Origin: Escherichia coli
GTDB taxonomy: Bacteria > Pseudomonadota > Gammaproteobacteria > Enterobacterales > Enterobacteriaceae
Length of the DNA: 64,000 bases
Reading direction: 5' to 3' (one strand)
NCBI RefSeq assembly: GCF_002854065.1
Contig: NZ_CP024147.1
Positions 17,249 to 29,762 of the stretch are shown here, piece after piece; the stretch's first letter is position 1, and each line of letters begins with the position of its first letter. Below the pieces are notes generated by a model. It did no database searches, was not told the origin of the DNA, and worked only from the letters and a program-made list of their open reading frames with translations. Made by a program: the position numbers and the translations under genes.

Positions 17249-18118
17249 ATGTCTGCCAAACATCCGGTCATTGCGGTAACAGGATCCAGCGGCGCGGGGA
17301 CCACCACCACCAGCCTCGCGTTTCGTAAAATATTCGCGCAGTTAAATCTGCATGCAGCCGAGGTGGAAGGTGACAGTTTTCACCGTTACACCCGCCCGGA
17401 AATGGACATGGCGATCCGCAAAGCGCGCGACGCCGGGCGGCATATCAGCTACTTCGGCCCCGAAGCGAACGACTTTGGCCTGCTGGAACAAACCTTCATT
17501 GAATATGGTCAGAGCGGCAAAGGGAAATCTCGCAAATATCTGCATACCTACGACGAAGCCGTACCCTGGAATCAGGTACCGGGAACATTCACCCCCTGGC
17601 AACCTTTACCAGAACCCACTGATGTACTGTTTTATGAAGGTTTACACGGCGGCGTAGTCACGCCACAGCATAACGTTGCGCAGCATGTGGACTTACTGGT
17701 CGGCGTGGTGCCTATCGTTAACCTTGAGTGGATTCAAAAACTGATCCGCGACACCAGCGAGCGCGGGCACTCACGAGAAGCAGTGATGGACTCAGTAGTG
17801 CGTTCAATGGAAGACTATATCAACTACATCACACCGCAGTTTTCCCGCACCCATCTTAACTTCCAGCGCGTTCCCACCGTCGACACTTCAAACCCGTTCG
17901 CGGCAAAAGGTATCCCGTCGCTGGATGAAAGCTTTGTGGTGATCCATTTTCGTAATCTGGAAGGGATCGATTTCCCCTGGCTGCTGGCGATGTTGCAAGG
18001 CTCATTCATTTCCCACATCAATACGTTAGTGGTGCCCGGCGGCAAAATGGGTCTGGCAATGGAATTAATTATGCTGCCGCTGGTGCAACGATTGATGGAA
18101 GGAAAGAAAATCGAGTAA
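17249..18118 (+). CDS. prkB: Phosphoribulokinase homologue
   Basis: ORF track 289 aa with P-loop VIAVTGSSGAGTTT. Confidence 0.9.
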   Translation: MSAKHPVIAVTGSSGAGTTTTSLAFRKIFAQLNLHAAEVEGDSFHRYTRPEMDMAIRKARDAGRHISYFGPEANDFGLLEQTFIEYGQSGKGKSRKYLHTYDEAVPWNQVPGTFTPWQPLPEPTDVLFYEGLHGGVVTPQHNVAQHVDLLVGVVPIVNLEWIQKLIRDTSERGHSREAVMDSVVRSMEDYINYITPQFSRTHLNFQRVPTVDTSNPFAAKGIPSLDESFVVIHFRNLEGIDFPWLLAMLQGSFISHINTLVVPGGKMGLAMELIMLPLVQRLMEGKKIE

Positions 18119-18130
18119 CTCTGCTATTAC

Positions 18131-18152
18131 GCCGGATAAAATACTATCCGGC
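18131..18152. terminator. Palindromic stem-loop between convergent prkB and yhfA (weak U-tract)
   Basis: gccggata-aaatac-tatccggc perfect inverted repeat. Confidence 0.35.
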
Positions 18153-18172
18153 TTCACAACGGGATAGTTAAA

Positions 18173-18577
18173 TCACGCGGCAACCACTTCATACGAGTGA
18201 GTAATATTCACCGCTTTTTCCAGCATCAACGCCACTGAACAATATTTCTCAGCAGAGAGATCAACCGCACGCGCAACCGCTGCGTCTTTCAGGTCGCGAC
18301 CGGTGACGATAAAATGCAGATTAATGTGCGTAAACAGGCGTGGTGCCTCTTCGCGGCGTTCAGAGGTCAATTTTACTTCACAATCGACCACATCCTGACG
18401 CCCTTTTTGCAGGATCGAAACCACATCGATGGCACTGCAACCACCCGCCGCCATCAACACCATTTCCATCGGACTTGGTGCTTTATCGCCTGAATTGCCG
18501 TCCATTAAAATCTGGTGACCAGAGGCAGATTCGCCCAGAAAAGTTAACCCTTCGACCCACTTCACTCGCGCTTGCAT
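18173..18577 (-). CDS. yhfA: OsmC-family protein YhfA
   Basis: ORF track 134 aa MQARVKWVEGLTFLGESASGHQILMDG... Confidence 0.85.
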   Translation of the reverse strand: MQARVKWVEGLTFLGESASGHQILMDGNSGDKAPSPMEMVLMAAGGCSAIDVVSILQKGRQDVVDCEVKLTSERREEAPRLFTHINLHFIVTGRDLKDAAVARAVDLSAEKYCSVALMLEKAVNITHSYEVVAA

Positions 18578-18878
18578 TTTTGCTACTCCACTGCGTCAAT
18601 TTTCCTGACAGAGTACGCGTACTAACCAAATCGCGCAACGGAAGGCGACCTGGGTCATGCTGAAGCGAGACACCAGGAGACACAAAGCGAAAGCTATGCT
18701 AAAACAGTCAGGATGCTACAGTAATACATTGATGTACTGCATGTATGCAAAGGACGTCACATTACCGTGCAGTACAGTTGATAGCCCCTTCCCAGGTAGC
18801 GGGAAGCATATTTCGGCAATCCAGAGACAGCGGCGTTATCTGGCTCTGGAGAAAGCTTATAACAGAGGATAACCGCGC
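18578..18878 (+). promoter_or_regulatory. crp promoter / long 5' leader region
   Basis: 300-bp non-coding interval upstream of crp, divergent from yhfA; individual sites not resolved here. Confidence 0.4.
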
Positions 18879-19511
18879 ATGGTGCTTGGCAAACCGCAAA
18901 CAGACCCGACTCTCGAATGGTTCTTGTCTCATTGCCACATTCATAAGTACCCATCCAAGAGCACGCTTATTCACCAGGGTGAAAAAGCGGAAACGCTGTA
19001 CTACATCGTTAAAGGCTCTGTGGCAGTGCTGATCAAAGACGAAGAGGGTAAAGAAATGATCCTCTCCTATCTGAATCAGGGTGATTTTATTGGCGAACTG
19101 GGCCTGTTTGAAGAGGGCCAGGAACGTAGCGCATGGGTACGTGCGAAAACCGCCTGTGAAGTGGCTGAAATTTCGTACAAAAAATTTCGCCAATTGATTC
19201 AGGTAAACCCGGACATTCTGATGCGTCTGTCTGCACAGATGGCGCGTCGTCTGCAAGTCACTTCAGAGAAAGTGGGCAACCTGGCGTTCCTCGACGTGAC
19301 GGGCCGCATTGCACAGACTCTGCTGAATCTGGCAAAACAACCAGACGCTATGACTCACCCGGACGGTATGCAAATCAAAATTACCCGTCAGGAAATCGGT
19401 CAGATTGTCGGCTGTTCTCGTGAAACCGTGGGACGCATTCTGAAGATGCTTGAAGATCAGAACCTGATCTCCGCACACGGTAAAACCATCGTCGTTTACG
19501 GCACTCGTTAA
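18879..19511 (+). CDS. crp: cAMP receptor protein CRP
   Basis: ORF track 210 aa [51 protein letters not shown]...; no deviation noticed from the canonical sequence as remembered. Confidence 0.97.
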
Positions 19512-19522
19512 TCCCGTCGGAG

Positions 19523-19555
19523 TGGCGCGTTACCTGGTAGCGCGCCATTTTGTTT
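19523..19555 (+). terminator. Rho-independent terminator after crp
   Basis: Stem tggcgcg...cgcgcca followed by ttttgttt. Confidence 0.6.
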
Positions 19556-21652
19556 CCCCCGATGTGGCGCAGACTGATTTATCACCCCGATATCAACTAT
19601 GCACTACGACAAACGCTGGTGCTATGTTTGCCCGTGGCCGTTGGGTTAATGCTTGGCGAATTACGATTCGGTCTGCTCTTCTCTCTCGTTCCTGCCTGTT
19701 GCAATATTGCGGGCCTTGATACGCCTCATAAACGTTTTTTCAAACGCTTAATCATTGGTGCGTCGCTGTTTGCCACCTGTAGCTTACTGACACAGCTGCT
19801 ACTGGCAAAAGATGTTCCCCTGCCCTTTTTGCTGACCGGATTAACGCTGGTACTTGGCGTCACTGCTGAGCTGGGGCCATTGCACGCAAAATTGCTTCCT
19901 GCATCGCTGCTCGCCGCCATTTTTACCCTCAGTCTGGCGGGATACATGCCGGTCTGGGAACCGTTGCTCATCTATGCGTTGGGCACTCTCTGGTACGGAT
20001 TGTTTAACTGGTTTTGGTTCTGGATCTGGCGTGAACAACCGCTGCGCGAGTCACTAAGTCTGCTGTACCGTGAACTGGCAGATTATTGTGAAGCCAAATA
20101 CAGCCTGCTTACCCAGCACACCGACCCTGAAAAAGCGCTGCCGCCGCTGCTGGTGCGCCAGCAAAAAGCGGTCGATCTAATTACCCAGTGCTATCAGCAA
20201 ATGCATATGCTTTCCGCGCAAAATAATACTGACTACAAGCGGATGCTGCGTATTTTCCAGGAGGCGCTGGATTTACAGGAACATATTTCGGTCAGTTTGC
20301 ATCAGCCGGAAGAGGTGCAAAAGCTGGTCGAGCGTAGCCATGCGGAAGAAGTTATCCGCTGGAATGCGCAAACCGTCGCCGCTCGCCTGCGCGTGCTGGC
20401 TGATGACATTCTTTACCATCGCCTGCCGACGCGTTTTACGATGGAAAAGCAAATTGGCGCACTGGAAAAAATCGCCCGCCAGCATCCGGATAATCCGGTT
20501 GGGCAATTCTGCTATTGGCACTTCAGCCGCATTGCCCGCGTGCTGCGCACCCAAAAACCGCTCTATGCGCGTGACTTACTGGCCGATAAACAGCGACGAA
20601 TGCCGTTACTTCCGGCGCTGAAAAGTTATCTGTCACTAAAGTCTCCGGCGCTACGCAATGCCGGACGACTCAGTGTGATGTTAAGCGTTGCCAGCTTGAT
20701 GGGCACCGCGCTACATCTGCCGAAGTCGTACTGGATCCTGATGACGGTATTGCTGGTGACGCAAAATGGCTATGGCGCAACCCGTCTGAGGATTGTGAAT
20801 CGCTCCGTGGGAACCGTGGTCGGGTTAATCATTGCGGGCGTGGCGCTGCACTTTAAAATTCCCGAAGGTTACACCCTGACCTTGATGCTGATTACCACCC
20901 TTGCCAGCTACCTGATATTGCGCAAAAACTACGGCTGGGCGACGGTCGGTTTTACTATTACCGCAGTGTATACCCTGCAACTGTTGTGGCTGAACGGTGA
21001 GCAGTACATCCTTCCGCGTCTTATCGATACCATTATTGGTTGTTTAATTGCTTTCGGTGGTACCGTCTGGCTGTGGCCGCAGTGGCAGAGCGGGTTATTG
21101 CGTAAAAACGCCCATGACGCTTTAGAAGCCTATCAGGAAGCGATTCGCTTGATTCTGAGCGAGGATCCGCAACCTACGCCACTGGCCTGGCAGCGAATGC
21201 GGGTAAATCAGGCACATAACACTCTGTATAACTCATTGAATCAGGCGATGCAGGAACCAGCGTTCAACAGCCATTATCTGGCAGATATGAAACTGTGGGT
21301 AACGCACAGTCAGTTTATAGTTGAGCATATCAATGCCATGACCACGCTGGCACGGGAACACCGGGCATTGCCACCTGAACTGGCACAAGAGTATTTACAG
21401 TCTTGTGAAATCGCCATTCAGCGTTGTCAGCAGCGACTGGAGTATGACGAACCGGGGAGTTCTGGCGATGCCAATATCATGGATGCGCCGGAGATGCAGC
21501 CGCACGAAGGCGCGGCAGGTACGCTGGAGCAGCATTTACAGCGGGTTATTGGTCATCTGAACACCATGCACACCATTTCGTCGATGGCATGGCGTCAGCG
21601 ACCGCATCACGGGATTTGGCTGAGTCGCAAGTTGCGGGATTCGAAGGCGTAA
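19550..21652 (+). CDS. yhfK: Inner-membrane protein YhfK (FUSC-like); start uncertain, alternative ATG at 19562
   Basis: ORF track 700 aa with many TM segments; first ATG overlaps the crp terminator so the in-frame ATG at 19562 (MWRRLIYHPD) may be the true start. Confidence 0.85.
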   Translation: MFPPMWRRLIYHPDINYALRQTLVLCLPVAVGLMLGELRFGLLFSLVPACCNIAGLDTPHKRFFKRLIIGASLFATCSLLTQLLLAKDVPLPFLLTGLTLVLGVTAELGPLHAKLLPASLLAAIFTLSLAGYMPVWEPLLIYALGTLWYGLFNWFWFWIWREQPLRESLSLLYRELADYCEAKYSLLTQHTDPEKALPPLLVRQQKAVDLITQCYQQMHMLSAQNNTDYKRMLRIFQEALDLQEHISVSLHQPEEVQKLVERSHAEEVIRWNAQTVAARLRVLADDILYHRLPTRFTMEKQIGALEKIARQHPDNPVGQFCYWHFSRIARVLRTQKPLYARDLLADKQRRMPLLPALKSYLSLKSPALRNAGRLSVMLSVASLMGTALHLPKSYWILMTVLLVTQNGYGATRLRIVNRSVGTVVGLIIAGVALHFKIPEGYTLTLMLITTLASYLILRKNYGWATVGFTITAVYTLQLLWLNGEQYILPRLIDTIIGCLIAFGGTVWLWPQWQSGLLRKNAHDALEAYQEAIRLILSEDPQPTPLAWQRMRVNQAHNTLYNSLNQAMQEPAFNSHYLADMKLWVTHSQFIVEHINAMTTLAREHRALPPELAQEYLQSCEIAIQRCQQRLEYDEPGSSGDANIMDAPEMQPHEGAAGTLEQHLQRVIGHLNTMHTISSMAWRQRPHHGIWLSRKLRDSKA

Positions 21653-21665
21653 TGCAGGCTAAACC

Positions 21666-21696
21666 ATCGGATAAGGCATTCACGCCGCATCCGACA
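21666..21696. repeat. REP (repetitive extragenic palindromic) element
   Basis: cggataaggcattcacgccgcatccg closely matches the REP consensus; between convergent yhfK and argD. Confidence 0.6.
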
Positions 21697-21718
21697 TCTT
21701 TTTCCTGATGCGTCGTAT

Positions 21719-22954
<1,236 letters not shown>

Positions 22955-23024
22955 TTACGCATAAATCAATGTGAAATTATAATCACAAAATATGCATAAA
23001 AAATCACTGAATGGCAATCACAAA

Positions 23025-23588
23025 TCAGCGATGAAGGAAATTAGCCAGCAGTTGATGTCCTTGTTCGCTGAGAATACTTTCCGGATGGAACTGCACACCT
23101 TCCAGATCCCACTGGCGATGGCGAATCCCCATAATCTCGCGGGTTTCGCTCCAGGCCGTCACTTCAAAGCACGCTGGTAATGAGTCAGGTTCCACCACCA
23201 GCGAATGGTAGCGTGTCACGGTAAGTGGATTTGCCAGCCCCCGAAATACGCCCTCACCGCTATGTGTAATCGGCGAGGTTTTGCCGTGCATGACCTTTGC
23301 GGCGCGCACAACTTTACCGCCAAATGCCTGCGCCATTGCCTGATGACCGAGGCAAACGCCAAGAATCGGCAAGCGCCCGGCATAGTGACGAATAACGTCA
23401 AGGGAGATCCCGGCTTCATCTGGCGTACAGGGGCCGGGTGAGATGACAATTTTTTGCGGTTTCAGGGCGTCGATATCCGCCAGCGTCAACGCATCGTTGC
23501 GCTTAACCAGCACATCCGCCCCCAGTTCACAAAAGTACTGGTAGAGGTTCCAGGTAAAAGAATCGTAGTTATCTATAAGCAGGATCAT
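23025..23588 (-). CDS. pabA: Aminodeoxychorismate synthase glutamine amidotransferase subunit
   Basis: ORF track 187 aa [19 protein letters not shown]... with GVCLGHQ catalytic Cys motif. Confidence 0.93.
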   Translation of the reverse strand: MILLIDNYDSFTWNLYQYFCELGADVLVKRNDALTLADIDALKPQKIVISPGPCTPDEAGISLDVIRHYAGRLPILGVCLGHQAMAQAFGGKVVRAAKVMHGKTSPITHSGEGVFRGLANPLTVTRYHSLVVEPDSLPACFEVTAWSETREIMGIRHRQWDLEGVQFHPESILSEQGHQLLANFLHR

Positions 23589-23619
23589 GGCGGCTCCGGT
23601 ACGAAAGAACCGCGCTATT

Positions 23620-24222
23620 TTACTCAGATTCCCCGGCTTCGCTTACCACTTTGCTAAATATCATCTGCAGTGCGGTAAGATCCCCCATTGCCCCACTCTG
23701 ATTTGCCTGATTCCAGGCCTCTTTTTCGATACCCTGCCAGCTCAGTTGATATCCGGCATGAATCGCCAGTTGCTCGAAGAAGATCCGCTGTGCCAGACCA
23801 CTTCCCACCCGGAAGGGATGCAGCACGTTGATTTCACAATAGTAATGCGCCAGCCGCTCGACGAACTTCGCTTTCTCCAGGCCAACCAGATAACCTTCTT
23901 CCTCCAGATCCTGCATCAGGGCATTGCCCTCTTTTTCGATATAAGCAAAGTGGCAGAACGGCGTATCGCCCTGATAAATATCAACTTCACGCAGTTGCCC
24001 TGCCCAGTCGAAAATATCCTGATACAGCTGGCGATGGATAGTGCGCAAATGCGGTAAACCGCGCACCAGCGGACCAAGCTCAATGGTCGCAGCACGCAGC
24101 GCCGTCATTTCGTAAGCGGCCTGTTCCAGCCGCTGCTGCTGGCGGATGTTCAGCCGGTTACGCATGATATCAAGGCCTGGATAAAGATACGGATCGCGCC
24201 CTTCGCCGAATTTATCGCTCAT
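23620..24222 (-). CDS. fic: Fic-domain protein
   Basis: ORF track 200 aa [26 protein letters not shown]...; Fic-motif region reads [12 protein letters not shown]. Confidence 0.9.
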   Translation of the reverse strand: MSDKFGEGRDPYLYPGLDIMRNRLNIRQQQRLEQAAYEMTALRAATIELGPLVRGLPHLRTIHRQLYQDIFDWAGQLREVDIYQGDTPFCHFAYIEKEGNALMQDLEEEGYLVGLEKAKFVERLAHYYCEINVLHPFRVGSGLAQRIFFEQLAIHAGYQLSWQGIEKEAWNQANQSGAMGDLTALQMIFSKVVSEAGESE

Positions 24223-24379
24223 AGTGCCTCCTCAGCTCTTCAAGGCGCGCTAAAGCCTCTGCGGCAGTATGAGTGACTAAAGGCATCTCGACGCCTTCAA
24301 GACGGCGACTGGCCTGAAAATTACGATTACGCTGAAGCTCCCAGAGACGGGACTTTTGCTTATCGGTGAGTTTCTTCAC
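24212..24379 (-). CDS. yhfG: Small protein YhfG (55 aa, GTG start), overlapping fic start
   Basis: Manual translation [55 protein letters not shown]; stop overlaps fic ATG; not in ORF track because shorter than 60 aa. Confidence 0.75.
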   Translation of the reverse strand: MKKLTDKQKSRLWELQRNRNFQASRRLEGVEMPLVTHTAAEALARLEELRRHYER

Positions 24380-24483
24380 TTGATGCCTCCCTGAACGTGT
24401 CCATTTGCCACAAGTATAAGCGGCAAATCCGGGTTACGCCGGGAGAGCAGAAGCGCGGGCAAGATTGCCCGCGCGAGAAATCA

Positions 24484-25065
<582 letters not shown>

Positions 25066-25326
25066 TTAACAAACAGAGCAGAAAAAAAGCAAGTGAAGAG
25101 ATTCTAAATAGCCTTCAAGAACAAGGCCATCCCTTTACCTAATTTTACGTATCTGAAATATATGTAACCTGACGATCACTTTTTATTTCGTGATCAAAAT
25201 CACCTCTTAAAATGCAATTTAGCAACCGATTGCAATAAAACATTTAAACAGATCACAAAATCACCTAAAATCGCCCGCTCGCGGCATATCCCGCTATGCC
25301 ATTTTATTTTTGAACGCAGGCCAATC

Positions 25327-26508
25327 ATGACTAACAGCAATCGCATCAAGCTCACATGGATTAGCTTTCTCTCCTACGCACTGACTGGTGCGTTGGTTAT
25401 TGTCACCGGGATGGTGATGGGAAATATCGCCGATTATTTCAATCTGCCTGTTTCCAGTATGAGTAACACCTTCACCTTCCTCAACGCCGGCATTTTAATC
25501 TCTATCTTCCTCAACGCCTGGCTGATGGAAATCGTCCCGTTGAAAACGCAGTTACGTTTTGGCTTTCTCCTGATGGTGCTGGCGGTTGCCGGTTTGATGT
25601 TCAGCCACAGCCTGGCGCTGTTCTCGGCGGCGATGTTCATTCTCGGGGTGGTCAGCGGCATCACCATGTCGATTGGTACATTCCTGGTAACACAAATGTA
25701 TGAAGGGCGTCAGCGCGGTTCCCGCCTGTTATTTACCGACTCCTTCTTCAGTATGGCTGGGATGATTTTCCCAATGATCGCCGCGTTTCTACTGGCGCGC
25801 AGCATTGAGTGGTACTGGGTTTATGCCTGCATCGGGCTGGTGTATGTCGCTATTTTTATTCTGACTTTCGGCTGTGAGTTCCCGGCGCTGGGCAAACATG
25901 CGCCAAAAACGGATGCTCCGGTAGCGAAAGAAAAGTGGGGGATCGGCGTACTGTTTCTCTCTGTTGCGGCGCTGTGCTACATCCTCGGTCAGTTAGGTTT
26001 TATCTCCTGGGTGCCTGAGTATGCCAAAGGCCTGGGCATGAGCCTGAACGACGCCGGCACGCTGGTAAGTAACTTCTGGATGTCGTACATGGTCGGCATG
26101 TGGGCGTTCAGCTTTATTCTTCGCTTCTTTGATTTGCAACGTATCCTGACCGTACTGGCTGGTCTGGCTGCGATTCTGATGTACGTCTTTAACACCGGAA
26201 CACCGGCACATATGGCGTGGTCAATTCTCGCCCTGGGCTTCTTCTCCAGCGCGATCTATACCACCATCATCACCCTGGGTTCACAGCAGACCAAAGTACC
26301 GTCGCCAAAACTGGTTAACTTTGTCCTGACCTGCGGGACCATCGGTACTATGTTGACCTTCGTAGTTACCGGCCCGATTGTTGAACATAGCGGTCCGCAG
26401 GCGGCACTGCTTACAGCAAACGGTCTGTACGCTGTCGTCTTTGTGATGTGCTTCCTGTTAGGTTTCGTCAGCCGTCACCGTCAGCATAACACCCTGACCT
26501 CTCATTAA
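25327..26508 (+). CDS. tsgA: MFS-type transporter TsgA
   Basis: ORF track 393 aa, 12-TM-like hydrophobic profile. Confidence 0.9.
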   Translation: MTNSNRIKLTWISFLSYALTGALVIVTGMVMGNIADYFNLPVSSMSNTFTFLNAGILISIFLNAWLMEIVPLKTQLRFGFLLMVLAVAGLMFSHSLALFSAAMFILGVVSGITMSIGTFLVTQMYEGRQRGSRLLFTDSFFSMAGMIFPMIAAFLLARSIEWYWVYACIGLVYVAIFILTFGCEFPALGKHAPKTDAPVAKEKWGIGVLFLSVAALCYILGQLGFISWVPEYAKGLGMSLNDAGTLVSNFWMSYMVGMWAFSFILRFFDLQRILTVLAGLAAILMYVFNTGTPAHMAWSILALGFFSSAIYTTIITLGSQQTKVPSPKLVNFVLTCGTIGTMLTFVVTGPIVEHSGPQAALLTANGLYAVVFVMCFLLGFVSRHRQHNTLTSH

Positions 26509-26517
26509 TTGCTCATG

Positions 26518-26548
26518 CCGGACGGCACTATCGTCGTCCGGCCTTTTC
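26518..26548 (+). terminator. Rho-independent terminator after tsgA
   Basis: Stem gccggacg...cgtccggc followed by cttttcc. Confidence 0.55.
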
Positions 26549-26669
26549 CTCTCTTACCCCCGCTACGTGCATCTATTTCTATAAACCCGTTCATTTTGTC
26601 TATTTTTTGCACAAACATGAAATGTCAGACAATTCCGTGACTTAAGAAAATTTATACAAATCAGCAATA

Positions 26670-26685
26670 TACCCCTTAAGGAGTA
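26670..26685 (+). promoter_or_regulatory. NarL/NarP 7-2-7 heptamer pair upstream of nirB
   Basis: TACCCCT-TA-AGGAGTA inverted heptamers centred about 70 bp upstream of the predicted start. Confidence 0.6.
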
Positions 26686-26698
26686 TATAAAGGTGAAT

Positions 26699-26712
26699 TT
26701 GATTTACATCAA
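26699..26712 (+). promoter_or_regulatory. FNR binding site of the nir promoter
   Basis: TTGATTTACATCAA matches the FNR consensus TTGAT-N4-ATCAA; a -10-like TAAGGT lies about 22 bp downstream. Confidence 0.7.
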
Positions 26713-26770
26713 TAAGCGGGGTTGCTGAATCGTTAAGGTAGGCGGTAATAGAAAAGAAATCGAGGCAAAA

Positions 26771-29314
26771 ATGAGCAAAGTCAGACTCGCAATTATCGGT
26801 AACGGTATGGTCGGCCATCGCTTTATCGAAGATCTTCTTGATAAATCTGATGCGGCCAACTTTGATATTACCGTTTTCTGTGAAGAACCGCGCATCGCTT
26901 ATGACCGCGTACACCTCTCGTCTTACTTCTCTCACCACACCGCCGAAGAGCTGTCGCTGGTGCGCGAAGGCTTCTACGAGAAACACGGCATCAAAGTTCT
27001 GGTCGGCGAACGCGCTATCACCATCAACCGTCAGGAGAAGGTGATTCACTCCAGCGCCGGGCGCACCGTTTTTTATGACAAGCTGATCATGGCGACCGGC
27101 TCCTACCCGTGGATCCCGCCAATCAAAGGTTCTGATACTCAGGACTGCTTTGTCTATCGCACCATTGAAGACCTCAACGCCATTGAATCCTGCGCCCGTC
27201 GCAGCAAGCGTGGTGCCGTTGTAGGTGGCGGCCTGTTAGGTCTGGAAGCCGCTGGCGCGCTGAAAAACTTAGGTATTGAAACCCACGTTATCGAATTTGC
27301 CCCTATGCTGATGGCAGAACAGCTTGATCAGATGGGCGGCGAGCAGCTGCGTCGCAAAATCGAAAGCATGGGCGTGCGCGTTCACACCAGCAAAAACACC
27401 CTTGAGATTGTGCAGGAAGGTGTCGAAGCGCGTAAAACCATGCGTTTTGCCGACGGCAGCGAACTGGAAGTCGACTTTATCGTCTTCTCTACCGGTATCC
27501 GTCCGCGCGATAAGCTGGCAACCCAGTGTGGTCTGGACGTTGCTCCGCGTGGGGGTATTGTCATTAATGATTCCTGCCAGACTTCCGATCCGGATATCTA
27601 CGCCATCGGTGAATGCGCAAGCTGGAACAACCGTGTATTTGGTCTGGTAGCACCAGGCTACAAAATGGCGCAGGTCGCCGTTGACCATATTCTCGGTAGC
27701 GAAAACGCCTTTGAAGGTGCTGACCTTAGCGCCAAGCTGAAACTGCTGGGCGTAGACGTAGGCGGTATTGGTGATGCGCACGGTCGCACACCAGGCGCAC
27801 GTAGCTACGTTTACCTCGACGAAAGCAAAGAGATCTACAAACGCCTTATTGTCAGCGAAGACAACAAAACCCTGCTCGGTGCGGTACTGGTGGGCGATAC
27901 CAGCGACTACGGCAACCTGCTGCAACTGGTGCTGAATGCTATCGAGCTGCCGGAAAACCCGGATTCTCTGATTCTGCCGGCGCACTCGGGTAGCGGTAAG
28001 CCGTCTATCGGTGTTGATAAACTGCCGGACAGCGCGCAAATCTGCTCCTGCTTCGACGTCACCAAAGGTGATCTGATTGCTGCCATCAACAAAGGCTGCC
28101 ACACCGTTGCGGCGCTGAAAGCCGAAACCAAAGCGGGTACTGGCTGCGGTGGCTGTATCCCGCTGGTCACTCAGGTACTGAACGCGGAACTGGCGAAACA
28201 GGGCATCGAAGTTAACAACAACCTGTGCGAACACTTTGCTTATTCGCGTCAGGAACTGTTCCATTTGATCCGCGTTGAAGGCATTAAAACCTTCGAAGAA
28301 CTGCTGGCGAAACACGGCAAAGGCTACGGTTGTGAAGTTTGTAAACCGACCGTCGGTTCGCTGCTGGCCTCCTGCTGGAACGAATACATTCTGAAGCCGG
28401 AACATACTCCGCTGCAGGATTCTAACGATAACTTCCTCGCTAACATCCAGAAAGACGGCACCTACTCGGTGATCCCGCGCTCTCCGGGCGGTGAAATCAC
28501 CCCGGAAGGACTGATGGCAGTGGGTCGTATCGCGCGTGAATTTAATCTCTACACCAAAATCACCGGCTCTCAGCGCCTGGCGATGTTTGGCGCACAGAAA
28601 GACGATCTGCCGGAGATCTGGCGCCAGCTGATTGAAGCTGGCTTCGAAACCGGTCATGCCTATGCGAAAGCACTACGTATGGCGAAAACCTGCGTGGGTA
28701 GCACCTGGTGCCGCTACGGCGTTGGCGACAGCGTCGGCCTCGGCGTGGAACTGGAAAACCGCTACAAAGGCATCCGTACGCCGCACAAAATGAAGTTCGG
28801 TGTCTCCGGCTGTACCCGTGAATGTTCAGAAGCTCAGGGTAAAGACGTGGGTATTATCGCCACTGAAAAAGGCTGGAACCTGTATGTTTGCGGTAACGGC
28901 GGCATGAAACCGCGTCATGCGGATCTGCTGGCGGCGGATATCGATCGCGAAACGCTGATCAAATATCTCGACCGCTTCATGATGTTCTACATCCGTACTG
29001 CCGACAAACTGACGCGTACCGCACCGTGGTTAGAAAACCTCGAAGGCGGCATCGATTACCTGAAAGCGGTGATCATTGACGACAAACTGGGGCTGAACGC
29101 ACATCTGGAAGAAGAGATGGCGCGCCTGCGTGAAGCGGTAGTGTGTGAGTGGACTGAAACGGTCAATACGCCGTCTGCGCAGACTCGCTTCAAACACTTC
29201 ATCAACAGCGACAAGCGTGACCCGAACGTACAGATGGTGCCAGAGCGCGAACAGCACCGTCCGGCAACGCCGTATGAACGTATCCCGGTAACTCTGGTGG
29301 AGGACAACGCATGA
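26771..29314 (+). CDS. nirB: NADH-dependent nitrite reductase large subunit
   Basis: ORF track 847 aa with FAD/NAD motifs and sirohaem Fe-S cysteines. Confidence 0.96.
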   Translation: MSKVRLAIIGNGMVGHRFIEDLLDKSDAANFDITVFCEEPRIAYDRVHLSSYFSHHTAEELSLVREGFYEKHGIKVLVGERAITINRQEKVIHSSAGRTVFYDKLIMATGSYPWIPPIKGSDTQDCFVYRTIEDLNAIESCARRSKRGAVVGGGLLGLEAAGALKNLGIETHVIEFAPMLMAEQLDQMGGEQLRRKIESMGVRVHTSKNTLEIVQEGVEARKTMRFADGSELEVDFIVFSTGIRPRDKLATQCGLDVAPRGGIVINDSCQTSDPDIYAIGECASWNNRVFGLVAPGYKMAQVAVDHILGSENAFEGADLSAKLKLLGVDVGGIGDAHGRTPGARSYVYLDESKEIYKRLIVSEDNKTLLGAVLVGDTSDYGNLLQLVLNAIELPENPDSLILPAHSGSGKPSIGVDKLPDSAQICSCFDVTKGDLIAAINKGCHTVAALKAETKAGTGCGGCIPLVTQVLNAELAKQGIEVNNNLCEHFAYSRQELFHLIRVEGIKTFEELLAKHGKGYGCEVCKPTVGSLLASCWNEYILKPEHTPLQDSNDNFLANIQKDGTYSVIPRSPGGEITPEGLMAVGRIAREFNLYTKITGSQRLAMFGAQKDDLPEIWRQLIEAGFETGHAYAKALRMAKTCVGSTWCRYGVGDSVGLGVELENRYKGIRTPHKMKFGVSGCTRECSEAQGKDVGIIATEKGWNLYVCGNGGMKPRHADLLAADIDRETLIKYLDRFMMFYIRTADKLTRTAPWLENLEGGIDYLKAVIIDDKLGLNAHLEEEMARLREAVVCEWTETVNTPSAQTRFKHFINSDKRDPNVQMVPEREQHRPATPYERIPVTLVEDNA

Positions 29315-29637
29315 GCCAGTGGAAAGACATCTGCAAAATCGATGACATCCTGCCTGAAACCGGCGTCTGCGCGCTGTTAGGTGACGAGCAGGTAGCAATT
29401 TTCCGCCCGTATCACAGCGACCAGGTGTTTGCGATCAGCAACATCGACCCGTTCTTCGAGTCCAGCGTGCTGTCACGCGGACTGATTGCGGAACACCAGG
29501 GCGAGCTGTGGGTCGCCAGCCCGCTGAAAAAACAGCGTTTTCGCTTAAGCGACGGCTTGTGCATGGAAGACGAACAGTTTTCCGTCAAACATTACGAAGC
29601 GCGAGTGAAAGACGGCGTGGTGCAGCTGCGCGGTTAA
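29311..29637 (+). CDS. nirD: Nitrite reductase small subunit
   Basis: ORF track 108 aa MSQWKDICKIDDILPETGVCALLGDEQVAIFRP...; overlaps nirB stop. Confidence 0.93.
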   Translation: MSQWKDICKIDDILPETGVCALLGDEQVAIFRPYHSDQVFAISNIDPFFESSVLSRGLIAEHQGELWVASPLKKQRFRLSDGLCMEDEQFSVKHYEARVKDGVVQLRG

Positions 29638-29646
29638 TGTTTTAAC

Positions 29647-29672
29647 GGGAGGCGCAATGCCTCCCCTTTTTG
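29647..29672 (+). terminator. Stem-loop with U-tract between nirD and nirC (possible partial terminator)
   Basis: gggaggc-gcaat-gcctccc followed by cttttt. Confidence 0.45.
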
Positions 29673-29762
29673 CATGGTCCTGTAATAATCTTCGGTATAT
29701 TGCAGGATATTTTTTAAACTTTTTGTTTTATTTTTTGTTTTTATTTTTTAAAGGATAATCAA

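Noticed and set aside
18657-19032. 71-aa and 95-aa ORFs in the yhfA-crp intergenic region running into crp
   Set aside because: This interval is better explained as the crp promoter and long leader; the ORFs are out of frame with crp and lack ribosome-binding sites.
24448-24473. GC-rich palindrome gcgcgggcaa-gattgcccgcgc between ppiA and yhfG considered as a terminator
   Set aside because: No U-tract on either strand; could be an RNA-processing or REP-like structure but cannot be supported as a terminator from sequence alone.
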